Virus record (IMG/VR): IMGVR_UViG_3300025168_000063
Location: 11,536-75,535 of that record
Strand: one strand, 5' to 3'
Length of the DNA: 64,000 nucleotides
From: a virus
Of this stretch, positions 63,631 to 64,000 are shown one piece after another. The position numbers were made by a program, and so were the translations under genes. The notes below the pieces were generated by a model that saw only the letters and a program-made list of their open reading frames with translations, was not told the origin of the DNA and ran no database searches. Numbering within the stretch: the stretch's first letter is position 1; each line of letters opens with the position of its first letter.

Positions 63631-63951
63631 ATGATGGGACGAATAGACTCGTATAACACAGTAGTAGATGAAAAAGCTGTACCACAATTATCTGCATTAG
63701 GAATTACATCAAGAGTGCATGTTGTAGCAGCATCAACACAATTTGATTTAACTGGATCGGATGCGGGAAATTCTGCATTCTTTATCACAGGAACGCCCAA
63801 TGCAGGAACAGTATTAACATTTGCAGATGGATCAAGTGTAACAGCAGCAGCAATTGCAACAGCAGCTACAACACTAGCTACTGAATTCAAATACACATTA
63901 AGTAAAATAGTAACACACGCTGATAACACAGTAGTGGTACTCTGGAAATAA
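63631..63951 (+). CDS. Small hypothetical protein, probably structural
   Basis: SD AGGAG; A/T/S-rich. Confidence 0.65.
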   Translation: MMGRIDSYNTVVDEKAVPQLSALGITSRVHVVAASTQFDLTGSDAGNSAFFITGTPNAGTVLTFADGSSVTAAAIATAATTLATEFKYTLSKIVTHADNTVVVLWK

Positions 63952-63958
63952 GAAACAT

Positions 63959-64000
63959 ATGAAAAAGGCTATTTCAGAAGCCAAAGTTCAGCGCATGCGA
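63959..64000 (+). CDS. Start of ORF truncated by window end (MKKAISEAKVQRMR...)
   Basis: ATG 7 nt after the previous stop; open to the end. Confidence 0.5.
   Translation, partial: MKKAISEAKVQRMR

Noticed and set aside
1087-63929. Minus-strand and short nested ORFs in the track
   Set aside because: All overlap longer + strand genes that have coherent motifs or packing; they show no recognisable domains.
1-64000. Stop-codon reassignment (alternative genetic code)
   Set aside because: Genes tile densely in the standard code, and TAA, TAG and TGA all end genes at tight junctions.

Overview
A 64 kb, AT-rich, densely coding fragment with every credible gene on the + strand and standard stop codon usage. 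It most likely comes from a large T4-like (contractile-tail) bacteriophage, and promoter and tmRNA features point to a Bacteroidota/FCB-group host. 1-7.9 kb holds accessory and regulatory genes: a methyltransferase, a circularly permuted two-piece tmRNA (tag GEQVEMAMAA), Hsp20 bracketed by a long-range inverted repeat, a 5'(3')-nucleotidase, ClpP, a membrane-anchored i-type-like lysozyme, an HD hydrolase and a gp55-like sigma factor. 7.9-28.7 kb is the baseplate cluster (gp5-, gp25-, gp6- and gp7-like and tail-fibre-anchor-like genes). 28.7-33.2 kb is a DNA-metabolism island: T7 endonuclease I-like resolvase, primase and a single-chain Mre11-Rad50 (SbcD-SbcC) fusion. 33.3-59.9 kb encodes very large modular tail fibre/adhesin proteins; three consecutive ones end in different self-cleaving domains (G2-like, Hint, S74), and several carry DNA-level conserved repeats between variable modules. 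59.9-64 kb encodes a zeta-like kinase, a HIGH-nucleotidyltransferase/ligase-like fusion and small proteins with putative prohead-protease (L/I-x-E) sites. Two promoter classes are visible: ATATTTAT (putative late) and GTTG-N20-TATATTWA (host-type). The strongest novelty candidates are the minimal permuted phage tmRNA, a pervasive [S/T]-[G/A/S]-S motif in virion proteins, the putative packaged kinase/NTase/ligase module and the repeat-delimited fibre cassettes. All family calls come from motif recognition by eye; no database searches were run.
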